The notes: generated by a model from the letters alone, not told the origin. Positions 19,113 to 34,002 are shown, counted from the stretch's first letter. The stretch is DNA of 64,000 nucleotides from Azolla caroliniana (GCA_043228905.1 JBHGNT010000004.1:10416001-10480000); one strand, 5' to 3'. A program made the numbers and translations.

Positions 19113-20959
19113 TTTGAGTAGAGCAGACAACAATATTTCGATTACAAAAAGACTCAATATATACAACAGTGCACAGGGTGCACTTTATATACAAGCCCTT
19201 GACGAGTGGGTTGAGACAAGTACCATCAGTACTTGAATGCTCATAAATGAGCTTGACACTAACAACCTATAATTTTCCTATTACTAAAATAGGAATATAG
19301 GCCCCTAACGGCCTTTTGTATTTCATCCAACTCAGCACAACCTCATCCAACTCAGCACAACCGAATCGAACTCTATTCGATTCGTCTCTCAGCATCTTCA
19401 ACTGATTCAACCCATGTTGAGCTTGTCTCTCAACACTCCCCCTCAAGCTCAACTGGAGGTCCTGTCGTGCCCGCTCCGGTTGGTTCGTCAATCTAGCCTC
19501 CTCTCTTGGCGTCCCGACGCCTTGCTCGCGTTCCTTGTCTAGTCCCGTCCTGTGTCCCACGACCCATCCAGTCTGGCGCTCCTGGATTCCTCCAGTTCCA
19601 TGCACGGCGACCCGTATGGTGGACTTGTCCACTACTTAGGCCTTGCTCAGCTCCCTCGTTGTCATGGTATTGAAACCCTTCGACCTGTAGGCTCCTCCAT
19701 CTTGGCGTTGGTTTCGGTTGCCTTCTCATCCGCTTGGCCTTCATGTGGTTCAGTTCGTCTAAATCATACTTCTTGACCGAATCAACCGTCTCCGATTCAT
19801 TCCAGCTCTTGTCCAAATCGGTTGTCTCTGATTCATCCTCCTTCATGCCCTTCACCACATCCGCCCACGTCTTGGTCCTAGCCTTTGCTTGGTCAACTCT
19901 GTCCTTTTCGACTCTGCCGCCTCTCTCGACTCTACCTCCCCTTGGTTCGGTTGGCTCCGGCTTCAATTCTCTCTTGTGGCCGCTTCGCCTACATTTGGCT
20001 AATCTTTGCTTAGCCGATCTTCTTCCACCTGTCCATGTGTCCTCGGCTTCTCCAACCGATCCGGACGTTTCGACTTCGGCAATCCTGATGTTGACCTGCG
20101 ATCGCCGGCATTTCCGGCCCAATCAGCATCCATGTAGCCAACTAACTCCTCGGCTACTCCTGCCCGATACAACAATGCTCTATCCTTAGTGTTGTTGACA
20201 TATTGCAATATCCTTTGCATGTACTGAAGGTGTTCGGCCTTTGGCTACAACATAAATTGACTGATCAAGCCAATCCGGTAACGCAGGTCCGACCGAGTGA
20301 GCACCAAATAGATGAGGCTTCTGACAATTTGTCGGAACCGTGTCTGGTCGCACGCCGTTCCCGAATTTTGGAGAAGCTTCATATTTCTGTAGATGTCTTG
20401 TGAAAGATTTACAATCCTCCATCCCAAACTTGAAGAGCATATTCAACACATAATGGTGTTGGCTGATCAATATGCCTTTGGGGGTTCACATCACTTCAAT
20501 CCTAAGGAAGTAATGAAGGTCCCCCAGATCCTTCATTTCGAATGATGCCGAAAGTTGAGACTTTACTCGACCAATTTCTCCGAGGTCGGCATCAGTGATG
20601 ATTAAATCATCAACATATAACAAAATGTTAATCAGTCTTGTTTGACTCGGCCGAAAAAACATTGAAGAGTTTGATTTTAACGGGTCGATCGACACAACTT
20701 TTGGTTCGCCAATTTCGTGGTCCGCTCGGCTGACTTTGACCTCGTTTTCGGAGGTCCCTCTCTACACCTGACCACATTGAATTTGCTTCGATCCAATGTA
20801 TAGGCTACATTGTTGTATTCCATCATATTCATCTTCCCCATCTCCTTGCACGTAAACCGTTTCCTTAGTTTCTGGTCCAACGACCAAGTCTCTACTACTC
20901 ACCGGCTCTTCATCCGACTGAACACGTTCGCGTTCACAAGTGGAAGGATCGCACACAAA

Positions 20960-22570
20960 TGGAAGAATAAGGAATATTTCGTCTGATTTTGGGGCTTTTT
21001 TGGCCATTTCAAAAAACACTTTGATACCAGTATCACATGTTCTCCAAAACTTGATGAAAAAACTAAAATTTTCACCATTTGGTAAAATTGAAAAATGCCA
21101 AAATTTGGCCAAATACGAAAAGTAACTTTGTGTATTTTTAAGGAGAAATTACAACTAGTACTATTTTAGATCTTAACGATATCATAAGCGAAAGATTTCA
21201 AAACAATCAACTTTTTTATTTCATTCGATAAAATGTTGTCTATATTTGTTACATATCGTTGCACAAAAAATACATTTAGGAGTTATTTGCATCACTATCA
21301 TCATTCCTTTCATGAGAATCACTACAATAGCTAATATACAATTGTAACTCTTCCTCCTCATTTTCAATCCAAATCATTGTCTTCACAAAATGGTGTCTCC
21401 AAATTGTGTGCACTAAATCTTGTTCACCTTCAATCTGAGATATCTTGTAGATTTGGTAGTATCTCTTTTATTATGTCTATCGTTGTCATCCTTAAACATC
21501 CAACTTTTGTCAATGTAAAGTCATACACAATGACATCCACCTCATTAATGTCAATGATAGATGTATTACAAAGGTTTAATGCATCACCACGTCCAAAACT
21601 TTACCAATGCAGAATTGGTGCCCTAGGTCATGGCCATCTACATGTGTAGCTATTAATATCCCCACCTTGAGTTATTGCAAGTTTCCTTGTCACCTGAGTT
21701 ATGCTTGTGTTATCATCCTTAGTTCCACATAAATGTTTCTCTGTTGCAGATGAACCAAACTATGAAGATCAACATTAAGTGCTTGAAGTGGTGACTAAGA
21801 ACCACGAGAATATTTTATAGACCACATAAATGACATTTGAAAGGTTCAATTACCATCAACACAGTTGTTAATGTATTTTTGTTAATCAATGAAGCACATG
21901 TTCACCATAAGGTGTCTTGTTGTGCAACATACTTCTTTGCAATATCGATATGCATCTTTTTCTCTTGTAAAAATAGAGATTTTAGTACAATTTGAGTTCA
22001 TGTAAACCTTAAACCTCTTTTATTTGAAAAAAGAAGAAGATTTTTAAACATGAGCTCCATGCATTGTATCCAATTCATTTTTAAAGTACATTGTATTTAC
22101 CACAATTCAATACAATGTATCCAGTTCATTTTTCAAGTATTTTTTTAATTTTTTTTTCAAAATTTTGATTTTATTTTTGGAAAAGAAAACTTTAAACATG
22201 AATTCGATACATTATATCGACTTGTGATGAAAACTCTGGTTTTTTCATCACTTCAATTTTTAAAAAAAAAACCCAAAAAAATAGAAAACAAATCAAAATT
22301 GTTTTTTAAAAAACCCCAAAAAGGAACTTTAAACATGAACTCAATACAATGTATCTAGTTGGTCTTGAAAACTCTGTTTTTCAACATGAACTCGATACAT
22401 CGTATAGAGTTTGTGTGGAAAAGTTGACTTTTCAACATGAATTCGATACAATGTATCGAGTTCGTGTTTAAATGTTTTTAACACGAACTCGATACATCAT
22501 ATTGAGTTAATGTCGAAAAGTTGAGTTTTTAACGTCGAGTCCTTTTTAAAAACTCAGCTTTTTGACACGA
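20960..22570. mobile_element. AT-rich DNA-transposon-like remnant with palindromic subterminal repeats (AACTCGATACAATGTATCGAGTT-like)
   Basis: Repeated palindromic motif at ~22050-22560. It interrupts copia RT on the left and truncates element C on the right. No TIR/TSD pair or clear transposase identified. Confidence 0.4.
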
Positions 22571-22571
22571 G

Positions 22572-25500
22572 GTGAACGGTGCCCACGCTTTCTTCGTCGA
22601 GCTTATAAAAGCCGCGACCTTCCTTCCTTCGATTCTAGTGGTTCGCCCGAAAGGTGTGGAGTTCGACAACTTGTGTGGACCAATGTTCCCAGCCTCTCTA
22701 TAGCTGGTCGTCGGTTATCATCCGGAGGGCACTTTCTTTGTGACTCTCGAGCAACGTTCGGATCCGCTACTCCGACATTTCCGTTTTCGCGCGCATGTGC
22801 TCGATGGTGGTTTCAAGTTGTTTGATTGTCTTTGCAGTGCATCCCGACTGTAATGTGTAGCGGTCTTGGATGAGGCCCATGTTTGTTCGTAGGATGTCCA
22901 ATTCCTTGGTGTACATTTCCTGCATCCGATCCATTTCGGTCCGCAAGCGGAATTGGATTTTCTTCGCTAATTTATTTATGGCCATGATCTGCTCCTCAAA
23001 CCACGCCTTTTGCTTGGACTTCGCCTCTAGAAGTTCCTGGATCGTTTGTTTCGCCTGATTTCCGATTCTACTAGCACTACTGCTCTCTTTGTTTTACCCG
23101 CAATTGCTTGGTGCGCCTCAACTTCTTTGCATAATGCGCGGACTTTGTCTATGGAGGAGCTTTCGACAAGGGTCGCGAATGTGGTGTTTGGTAATTGGAG
23201 TTGTAGTTCGGGCACCTTGTCTTGTAGTTCTTGAAACTGCCGCTTGTGCTCTTTCTCCGTTCGCCTTGCTTGCTTATTCTTGTAGGCCATATCTTTGGCT
23301 CCACCACGGACTTGGGCTAACTCCTGGTGAACTTCAACTAGGGCCATGTTTAGGGATGGCAATTAGATTGCCATGTGCCCGTCGTCTGCATGCCATTTCC
23401 AGCCGATTTTGCTCAAGGCGTTCTCCTCTTCCAGCTCTATGAGGCCAGTGATTGCGTGCTGAATCATTTTTCTCTCAGCATGCTTTTCTGCCAAGTGCTT
23501 GGCCACTGCGACTTGCTGCATCGCCAAGAATTCAACGAGTTTGAAGGACACGCCGAACTGTAAAATTGCCGCAAATTCATGTGTGACGACTAGGATTTCT
23601 CTATATGCAAGGACTACACTCTCGGAGATTAGGGATCCTTGTCCCCATTCCAGCTTCCCGGTCAATGTTGTTCCTTCGATCATGTCCGGAACGACTATTG
23701 TTGAAGGTTTGATTGGCGCCTCTGTGACTTGTTGTGCAGTTGCGTCTTTTGGTAGACCTTGGCCATTTTTTCGCTCCAACTGGTGTCGTTTCTGCTTTGG
23801 GCTTCGAGGTGACTCCTCTCTATTCGTGTTGCTCCGCTTGTGGTTAGGCTCTGCGGTTTCCATCCGTTGCTCCACGGAAACGGAGATGTCGACTGCTAGT
23901 TTGGTCGGCCTGGAGGGCGTGGTTCATTGAGGCAGCTCCGTTTCTTCATCCTGCCACTCACTCATTCGGAGTTCGCCGAGTCGCTTCTTCCGACCGGAGA
24001 TTGGCGTGTGTGTCCCTGCTTGGCTGGCCGGATTGGGGGATGGAAGCAATGTGACAAGCAGAAACAGTATTGTTAAGTATTGTGTGATGATGGGGACCAT
24101 TTTCCTCCGTACTTGTAGGGTGATGAGTCCAGCCCGTAAGGCCGCACCTGTAACGTACCCCCAATCGATGTGAGCTTCCTCATAGGTGGCGATGATCACC
24201 CCTGCATTGCGTTTTGGCATCCTGTATGACTTTGGGTGCACACAGGTGACCTCCAACATGAATTTGGCAACATCCCAGAAGAAAATGTCTTGTGCTTGCT
24301 GGATTTTGTACGCCTTGGCGGAAGCCGAGTACTCGCCGAAATACTTCTCCAGTACAACGATGGGTGGAATCTCAAAGGGATCTGAGGCCGAGCTTTGTGA
24401 TGGTGTCGATGTTGATTTTAGTGCCGATGTCCAAAGCGTTGGGATGAGGCTGAGCCTCGGCGACGCAGATGTAACTTGCCAAACCATGGGCGATGAGCCA
24501 CTGACAAGAGTCGTCGAGGGAGGTTCTTGATCAAGATTCGTCGAGCCATTGCGACACGTGTGAATGAGTAGTGAGTTGCCTTTCTTGGACTGTGTGTCTG
24601 CATGTAAAAGGTTTTAAATAGTTCTGAATGCGCACCCCCCCTTTTTCTTTTTCTTTTTCAAGTACAATGGGAATGTTACAATCATGGCACAATAATGATA
24701 CATTAAATGCCCCTTGATTTAGAGAATGTGGGGTCCATCCCGTGAAGTTACCTCGACGGGGAGTGATTCGACGGTTTGTGTATCCGGATTCTTTGAAAAT
24801 GGGTTTGGCGGCGTGAACCCCAAATACAGTTTTAGCCGGAATCCATTGACTTTGCTTGGTAGTACATCTCCCGCTAGTGTCATGGGTTTGAAAGTTCTGT
24901 TTTCGATATTTGTGATCCAATATGACCTGGTCCATTGAATCGAAGTTTTTCAGGCATCTACCCCATGTGTGTTTGGAACACTAGTACGGCTTTGCCGATT
25001 TCGAAGTCCTTTTCGTTACCTTTCATATGCTTATCGACAAACGACTTGCGTCGTCTTTGCTCTTGCTCCAAGTTCTCCATGCTGATGATCCGATCTTCGC
25101 CAAGTTCCAAAAGTTGTTCGAGTTGGACTTGCTCCGACGCTTTTTCGGACAAGTGTTCACCGACTTGCATGCGCGAACTCAGAACCCAAAATCTGATTGG
25201 CATTACTGCCTCGAGGACGAACACTAGTCGGAATGACGTCGACTAGGTACTTGACTTGAAGCTCGTACAATATGCCCAGAGTGCGCTCTGGAGCTTTGTA
25301 TCCCAGTCCGTTCGATTCTCATTGACGATTTTCTTTAGAATGTTTTGTAAAGTTTTGTTCGTCGATTCCGCCTGTCCATTTGCCTAGGGGTAGTAAGGGG
25401 TACTCTTCTTATGTACGATTGTGTAATGGTCCGTCAATTCGCGTACAACCTTGTTGATAAAATGCCCCCCTTGATCGCTAATAAGATCTATGGGACAACT

Positions 25501-27532
25501 GAAATGACAACAGATGTTTTCGTACAAGACTTTCGTCGTTGAAGCTGTCGTGTTGTCGCAAAGTGCCTTCACCTCCACCCATTTTGTACAATCATTTGTG
25601 GCCACGAGGATGTATTGATTCTCTATATGGGCCACCACTAGGGTTCAAGGACCGACAAAATCAAGGCCCCACTTCTGGAAAGGTTCCAAGGGCAACATTG
25701 GTTGGTGCGGCAAGCAGGCGTATTCCGTGGGTTGGCCCATTCGTTGGCAAAGATCACACTCCCGACAATAATTTTGCGCGTCCTTTTGTGTAGTTGGCCA
25801 CTAGAGGCCACTTTGTCAGAATTTTTGAGTTGTCATCTCCCCAGCGTAATGTCCACCGACTATTCTGCAGTGCGCTTCCCGTAGTATCGTCGCCTTTTCG
25901 TCGCTTCCTACACATCGACGCCAAATTCCGTCGGTACCTTTGTGATATAACGTCCCCTCTAATAGAAAAAAACTTCGGTTGCGCACTGCTAAACACTTCT
26001 TTTCACCTGTCCTCATCCACGGGGGAGGCAATCCGGTGGTCAAGAAATGACTCATCTCTTTGAGCCATTTGCCTTCTGGCGGCACCGACTCCGCTTCGGC
26101 CTCTATCGCCGAAATTCGTAATATTTCGTTGTCTGGAAAATCGTCATCGCAACCTGTGGCGTCTTCTCCATTCTTGATGTGGCTCAGGTAGTTCACTACA
26201 GCGTATTGAGTTCTTGGCTGATGCTATCATGCATGTAATCCGTCGGAATCGGTGTGTGATTTCTACAGTGGTGGGCTCCCAAACCACTCTCACTAGTGGT
26301 TGCGATATCCTGGTAAGCTTTGGAGATGACATCCTGCTCGAAGGAAGTCTTTTCGGTGAGTGTGGACTCGATCACACTTTCGTCGAGGTCTAGTAAGAGG
26401 GTGTCGAGTTGTGATGTTGTCGTAGCGGGCTCTGTCGTAGGTCAGGATTCTGCCCTAATCTGAGGTTTGCCTCGTCATGCCATCTCCTTGCTGCCTTTTT
26501 GGTTAGACGACATCCATTCCCTGATGTTCTTCTGTGTGCTCAAAGATCGACCATGTGTGCCAAAAGTGTTATTTGCGTAGGATAACACGGTGTCGAATAA
26601 CCAGTCCTTTGGCTATTTGACTCAAGGTATTTTGTTCGGGGGTAGGGGAAGTTTACTCCGCTACGAGCTGTTTGAAGGTTTCGAACAATAGAAGATTATG
26701 TAGGAATTGAACTGAGGTTATGCGACTGTGGAGATGAACAAGCCGGCTACAACCGACTGTAGACACATGGTTACACAGAGCGTGGAAACTCAACACAAAG
26801 GAATTACAAAACAGATTTAGACTCAGAGTGTCAGAACCAAGAGAGAAGGTAAAGTGATAGAAGAAAGATATAAAGAGATCACAAGAAGAGGAATGAAATG
26901 ATAAGAGAAGAATGAATGTATTAAAGTAGAATAAGAATGGATACAAGATAGGCGATGAGAGCTTAAGACTGGTGTTGATTTGAATTGGTTTTGAGAAGAA
27001 TTGTATGTCCATATTTATAGGTTCCTATAGAATAACCTAGTGATTTCTATAATGTTCTAGAATGTTCTAAACCTAGAATATTCTAAGATGTTCTAGGATA
27101 TTCTAGAATGTTCTAGAACATTTACAATATCAGTCTATTATAAGAAGTAGCTTTTATTATTTTATATAATCATATGTTATCTTAATGGTTAGCTTCTTGA
27201 TTATGTATTATAAGGTCTTGGGTTCAAGCCCAAGTGAAGCCATATAATGTTCACGGATTCATGACACAGAGTATCGGAGGCAAACACAATTCTATTATAA
27301 GCACAATAAGATACACATAGTTCGATTACCCTTTACATCCTTCCCATGGCCCTTTTTATAGGACTCATGGACAATTACGGTTGTGCGTGAACCGTTTCTC
27401 CCTATTCAATAACTTTACAATTTTTCGACTCCCTATTTCCTACTTCTTTAATTACTTGTTCCTACCCACTCCTCTTTCGCTCAGTACCTGTTATCCACCC
27501 TTTTTATAGTTGGTCGTCCGTACCGGTCAACA
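22572..27532 (-). mobile_element. Element C: old, internally deleted Athila-like Ty3/gypsy relative of A/E (5' LTR, PBS, integrase, extra ORF; 3' end missing)
   Basis: LTR 26567-27532 (TGTTGACCGG..AATAACA on - strand), PBS TGGCACACATGGT (26550-26562 rc). Short gag start jumps directly to integrase (GGHYAGE, CTKWVE, DQGGHF, STPYYP). Extra-ORF homology (KYFGEYS..YK, PKRNAGVIIATYE..IDW) at 23924-24487. Confidence 0.85.
26829..27266 (-). mobile_element. Solo LTR (438 bp) of the HSE-bearing family, inserted in the LTR of element C
   Basis: TG..CA ends and TSD CAGAG (26824-26828 and 27267-27271). Confidence 0.92.
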
Positions 27533-29920
27533 ATGACATCAAACTCTCTTCTAGAGTTCTGATTTCCTCTTCCTCTAGGGGCACCTCGGCCTCACTGGCT
27601 TCATCCTCAGAATTCAAAATAGAGTGGATGGGGGTTGGAGGTGAAGGCAAGTAGCACGAAGCCGACTCATCGGACACAACATTCCGGCTTACTCGGACCT
27701 CTTTCGTTTGGGGGTTATAACACTTATCACCCTTTTGCTCATCTAAATAGCCGACCAAGATACACCTCTCAACTTTTGCAACTTCCTCCACTTTTCCTTC
27801 GACACATGCACATATGCAATGCTACCGAATACCGTCAAGTGTGCCAAGTTTGGCTTCTTCCTGAAATACAGCTCATGTCGCGACACTCCTCCATTTACAA
27901 AAGTCCAATTCTGCAGGTATACAACTGTTCTGACTGCTTTACGGATCTTTTTCGTCTGCATCTCCCGAAGCCGTGGTAAGTTGATGTGGCTAAACTGCTT
28001 GTGCCACAAGTCGATATGCGATTTGACTTTTTTCACTTTCGCAAACATAGTGGTGCCTACGTCATTTGTTTCAAGGATGAACATCCTCCCATCTATGTGC
28101 CCTTGCCCAATGATCTTGCCTTCCTCTTCGATGAAGCACCCAAGATGAGTAAATCGAACTTGCATGCCCTAGTTGACTATTGTCTGACCGACACCAAGTT
28201 CTTGGTGATTGTTGGCACATGCAAGACATTTCTCAACATCCCTTTTTGGCCGACATGGCTTAAGGGACATCTCCAATATGTTCGATGGGGTGAGGGGTGT
28301 CGTCGCTAGTTTCGACAACCCCCAGTTGCTCTGGCTTTTCCAGAGTCGAGAACCACTCCTTGTGATTCGTCATGTGGTTCGATGTGCCCTAATCCACATA
28401 CCACACCTCGTTCGACCTTGAGGTGTTCACTACCATCGAGTTGGCCTTGTGCTTCATTATGAAGATTGGGCCCGACTCGGCTCGCCCTAAGCCTTCAGTG
28501 GAGTGCAATCTATGATGCCTATCTTCGTCTCCTCAGGTTGATCCAGCTTTGTCCGAATTGGCACGCTTTTTCTAGCACTCACTCTCTCAGTGGCCCTTCC
28601 GGCCACAATACCAATAGTCCGTCGTGGCGTTTCCTTGCCAACCTCCGGCGTCGCCTTGACGCCCCCTACTCGTGGAGGGTCCAAAACTGTTGTAGGCATT
28701 TCAATTATGCCTCGAGTTCTGCTCTTGTCAGCCGCTTCCATTATGCGTCGACCCACCTTGTCCACCACTACCACGGGGCCAATCCGCCTCCATGTACAAC
28801 ATCTTGTTGTTGGTGTGCACACTTGTCGATGCACCTGAGTGGTTTTCTTCTACGAGAAACATTGATTGTAGCTCGATAAACGAAGGCGTATTCTCCCTCG
28901 TGTAGATCACAGTTCAGAATGCTTCAAACTTTGACGCCAACCCCCTTGAGGCAAACATGCACCATTTCGTCTTCCTCGACGTTCACATTAGCTGAGGCGA
29001 GGGAGTCTCATATCTCCTTGATCTTGGAGGTGTAGTCAGCCATTTACATATCTCTTTTTTCGGACATTGCTAAACTCTTGGTTGAGTTGAAGCTTTCTAG
29101 CTGTGATGCTCACAACGAAAATCTTCTTCAGATTTCCCCAAGCATCCTTCAGCGTTTTGGCATCTCGGATGTAGCTCAAAAGCTGGTTGCACACATGATG
29201 CGAAGCAGTACAGAACTTTGCTCGCCGCTTGTTCGTTGGCTGGGAAATCTTCGTGTGTCGACTCTGATGTTGCATCATTGGCTCCTTCGACATAACTCTA
29301 GTAACCATGTTCGAGTAGGTACGGGTGCATATTGTATGACCAAGATGCGTAGTTGCTCCTATCGAGCTTCTCTATCGGAAGCGAGCTTCCCATTCCTATC
29401 CATGTTCATGGATTTTCTTTTTTGAAAACGAGAAACCTTGTCTCTGTTTTGTTCACTTGCTTTTCTGTCGGTTGTAGAGGAGTCTCAACCCTTCAACTCT
29501 GATACCATGTGAAAGGATTCGTGTGCGGAATCGTACACAGTTAGTTATTTGGAAACTTGACAGTTAGGTAAACACACACACACACACACACCGAGCAGAG
29601 CAGACAACAATATTTTGATCACAAAAAGACTCAGTACATACAACAATGCTCAGAGTGCACTTTATATACATGCCCTTGACGAGTGGGCTGACACAAGTAC
29701 CATCAATACTTGAATGCTCATAAATTAGCCTAACACTAACAAGCTATAATATTCCTATTACTAAAATAGGAACATAGGCCCCTAACGACCTTTCCGATTT
29801 TATCCGACTCGACACACCTTAATTGAACTCTATTCGATTCGGCTCTCGGCTTCTTTAGCCGATTCGACCCATGTTGAGCTTGTCTCTCAACACCATTAAA
29901 CCGAACCACTTAAACCTATA

Positions 29921-30271
29921 AACTGATAAACCCAAGTTTTAGAACCAAACTGAACTAAAAGCAAAAATTGAACGAAATCAAACCAAACCATTTAATTACA
30001 TTGGAACTAATAAACCATTAAACCATGGCTTAATAGTTTGGTTTGAGTCGAAATTGGGCCCATAGCTAGTGGGGGGCCTTGGATGGTGAGGGGGGAACTG
30101 ATAAACCCAAGGTTTAGAACCAAACTGAACTAAAAGCAAAAATTGAACCAAACCAAACCAAACCGTTTAATTACATTGGAACTGATAAACCATTAAACCA
30201 TGGCTTAACAGTTTGGTTTGAGCCGAAATTGGGCCCATAGCTAGTGGGTGGGCCTTGGATGGTGAGGGGGA
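29921..30271. repeat. Tandem duplication (2 x ~175 bp) containing an AAACC-rich, hAT/MITE-end-like sequence
   Basis: AACTGATAAACCCAAG...GGATGGTGAGGGGGGA starts at 29921 and again at 30096. Confidence 0.85.
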
Positions 30272-33200
30272 AAGTCAGTATCTTGGAGAGCTTTGATCAT
30301 ATGAAGGAAGTTGTGCAAAGAGCAATGGAACCATTGGATTGTATAGTGGTGGGCAAATTTGGACCTAAGGTTTCGACCAAAAGCATGGTAAGCATGGATG
30401 AAGCGTAGGTTGATTATAGACTTGAAGTAATGTTGGTGATGAGATGGTTGGATGCTAAGTTGCAATGACAAGATGGTGGGGCCTTTATTGAGGTCAAACC
30501 TCAAGCTACAATTGGGATGGTCTTGATTGTGAATATGTGAGTACATATACTTGCTCATAGGAAGGAATATTGAAAGAGGTGGAAAAAATGGATGGTAGCT
30601 TGTAGGGCTAGGCTAGATCATGGATGTCCATGTGGTGATATGTGAACTATATCATAGTCCAGAGCATCGCATCAATATTAGATCCATGATGAATCATCGT
30701 TTGCAGGGGAAGTGAGGCCAATTGAAGATGAGAGAGCGGCTTCATTGTTGGGTTGAAAAAACATTGGACCAACCCCATGTTAAAAGGAAATAATGTTGTA
30801 TTTGTTAGTTTTAAGAACCTTATAATACGTAATATTTTCAATCTACAATATTGGTCATATGCTAAATGTATACAAAAAAACATGGTCATTGAAACATGTA
30901 TACATGCACTCACGGTTGATGACAAGCCAAATCTTGTCGAAAAGGTGCCCCATTTATAGGAGCATTGAAATACTTTCGATACCAAGGAGATTGGTTACCC
31001 ATAGGTTTGGTTAAAGGAGCCTAGAGTTAGTGTACCAACCACGATAGTGAGGGGGGACCAATGTAGCCCACAACCACCACCTTATCTGTGTTGATGGCAA
31101 AAAAGGAAACATGTCGACGTGTCGTTTTGTATGTGGACAAGGACGAATGAGAGATCACAAAAATCAAATGCCCAGGGTATCAAGGCAATATCAATGTCAT
31201 TGTGGTGTCAAGTTGGTCACTCACCTTGATCGATCCTAGTTAGGGAACTAACAAGCCAGAATTGGTAATATATGGAATGGAACGTTACATTCTTAAAATA
31301 TGAAGTACTTCCAGATATGAGAGGAAATGCTTAGAAAAAGTGGGGGAATTTTGAAAATCATGTGTGATTTTTTATATAAACTCGAATACAATGATGGTGA
31401 CCATCAACTCTTCTAGAAGTTGACATCGCCTAGGCATAAATGACAATGGTGAAGTTTTGGCATCCCTCGAAGTGCCAATGATATTGTGTTATGCCACATG
31501 GGAGCTTTCTCTAACTTGAACAATGAATACATTCAAAACTTAATTCATTAAAGTGACAATGTCAGTGTGCTTTGCCACTCAACGTTGTCCTAGTTTTTCC
31601 AATAAAATGTCTCCAATGCAAAGAGATATGTCCGCAGACCCATTATTCTTTAAATTTCTAACCTCCATATATTTCATTGTCAACCTAAGTGTTGATAAGT
31701 AGCAAATCCCTAACACCAAAGCTATAGTTTCAGGATAAGTCATAGCAAAATTGGTTTTGAGTATGGCAGAATTTAACAAGATTTCGCAAAATATGCATGT
31801 TGTGATCTCAATATATTAAAAATGATGTTAGTTTACATTTGAATGGTTGGCATCCAACAATCATGAACCCAAAAGTCACTCTCTAGAATAGGTATCTCAC
31901 CCAAAATATCTTGAAGCCCATGGATTCTCATTAAACAAATGCACGAGTGATGTGGGGCATAACGTTTCACTATGCATAAAGAAAAAGCAACGAATAAGGT
32001 CAAGCAAGCTTCTACATCCATCAATTTTTGACTATGATGGAGACCCCATTTCCATCATTGTATTCCATGCAAAATAGGTTGGCTAAACGTGTATAAATGA
32101 TTCAAAAAAGAGAGAGCATGAAAGTCACTTGCGATAAAAATAACCACAAATTCGTATCAATCAAGATGCGGTGAGATGAAACTGTATAAGTGGTTTTGTT
32201 GATTTAGAACGGTCTTTGCAAACAAAATAGTACACCACAATTGTTTATGGTTTCACAAATAATTGCCACCACTCCTTTTTGTGTAGAAAGTGCATCAAGA
32301 TGCAGACATGTGAAGCGAAAAACTCATATGGGGCACAAAGAAGGTTCATTGCTCATGAGTCATACCTATAGATCCGTTGAATAGAGTGTGTGCTTTATTT
32401 GGATTGTTAATTCATGATGCTTTTTACATTGACCTTTTGTGGTGTAGTGACATGATTGTTACATTGATCTTGTCACAAGTCTAGGATTAAATTTCAAGTG
32501 CCAAGTGCCAAACCTAGTTTCTGGAGTGCACAACTCCCATTATTATCGCCCTTAGTTATATTCAACAAAATAATAATTTTCCTCTACAAAATTTGATCTT
32601 TGTGAAATAGTTTCCGCAAAGGTTAAATGAGTTGAAGCCACACAATGGAAAGAAAATATTATTTTTCCTTAGCTATTGAGCTTTGTGAAATAGTTTCTGC
32701 AAAGGTTAAATGAGTTGAAGCCACACAACGGAAAGAAAATATGGACAGATGGTTGTGTGTGGTCTTATGCACGCATATGATGGTTTTTGGATGTGAGTTC
32801 AATGCTTCATTGAATGATTAACCATAAGAAACAAGAACCTAAATGTTTGGTTCTTGGATTGAAAGCTGTCATGATGCAACACGTACATGAAACATGAATG
32901 AATGCAACTTCAATCAAGTAAATTTCAAAAGGTGGAGATTATATCATCTAGATAATGATCAAATGACTCATCTTGATGGAACAATCCAAAAATGTTCTTA
33001 CATATCTCTGATGATTGAAATATACTTAAGGACTTCAAGATACACATATAAAATCATTTTGGTTCAAACCTTTTTGCATATTTGTGTGCATTATTCCATC
33101 ATGGCAGTAGGGGACCTCACAAATAATACTTTACTCTTCTTCTTTTTTGTTTATTTGTTTCTTTATGATAGTTAAGGAGTTAAAATTATTGGGGGTTTTA

Positions 33201-33726
33201 AAGAACTTTAGGACAAGATTATTTGGGCATTTGATTGTAAGAGAGAACATTAAGAGATGCTAGCGTTCTTCTAAAAACAAATAGAATTAAGTCTCATCGA
33301 AAGCGAAGGCTCCTAATAACATAAGATCTAAGATAAATTAAGCAAATACAATTAAGAGACATTCACACGGTGCCCTATAGACATTTTGGCTTCAAGATTT
33401 TTCTCTCATCCACCCCCACCCCACCGGCGCCCCCACCGAAAAAATAAAGAAGAAAAACACACCAATTGAGACGCTAGACCTCCTTATTGATAAGAAACAT
33501 AATCACGCATCTTTCCTATGTCTAACCTTTTGATTTTTGTCGTGCTCGATGCGTCTAGCTTACAAAAGCAGAGGGAGTTGCATTCTAAGCATCTCGCTTG
33601 CAAGTAGGTTAGGAGCAAGCGATGGTTTAGAAAGGATTAGGAGGAAGAAATGCGGTTAGTGGCTTGTAACAATCCAAAATTGTAATTGTGATGTTAATGG
33701 AGTAGTAGATAGAACAAGCATATGCA

Positions 33727-33865
33727 TTCTCTCTCTCTCTCTGATTTTGGGAAAAGACATTCACATTTTCTCAATTTCTGCTAGAGACACTCATATGTAC
33801 ATACATATGTGTATTTAGAGAGAGATTAGAGAGAGAGTGTGTGTGTGTGTGTGTGTGTGTGTGAG
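33727..33865. repeat. (CT)n, (GA)n and (GT)n microsatellites just upstream of the LLP start (promoter/5'UTR)
   Basis: Seen directly. Confidence 0.85.
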
Positions 33866-34002
33866 AAGAGAGAAGTTATCTGTATCGTCCTTTTAAATTA
33901 AAAGAGAAGCAGATTTCGAGAGCGTTCTAGCAAATCGCCCACAATCAATTGAGGCCATTGCGAGGATTTCTTGATTCAGAAGATTACGAAGAAGAAGAAG
34001 AA

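Larger units (their letters stand above)
19100..29892 (-). mobile_element. Decayed, internally deleted Ty1/copia element hosting nested insertions
   Basis: 5' LTR 29508-29892 with PBS TGGTATCAGAGT (29496-29507 rc). Truncated 3' LTR ~19100-19435 with PPT AGGGGGAG. gag/GAG-pre-integrase remnants at 27533-29495. RT (LLYVDDLII, EMKDLG) and RNase H (DADWAG..DRRSTSG) remnants at 20090-20940. Confidence 0.85.

Noticed and set aside
30272-33700. Short ORFs and a ~61-bp direct repeat (32598/32681) upstream of PLP
   Set aside because: AT-rich with no recognisable domain; probably old TE debris or intergenic DNA that I cannot assign.
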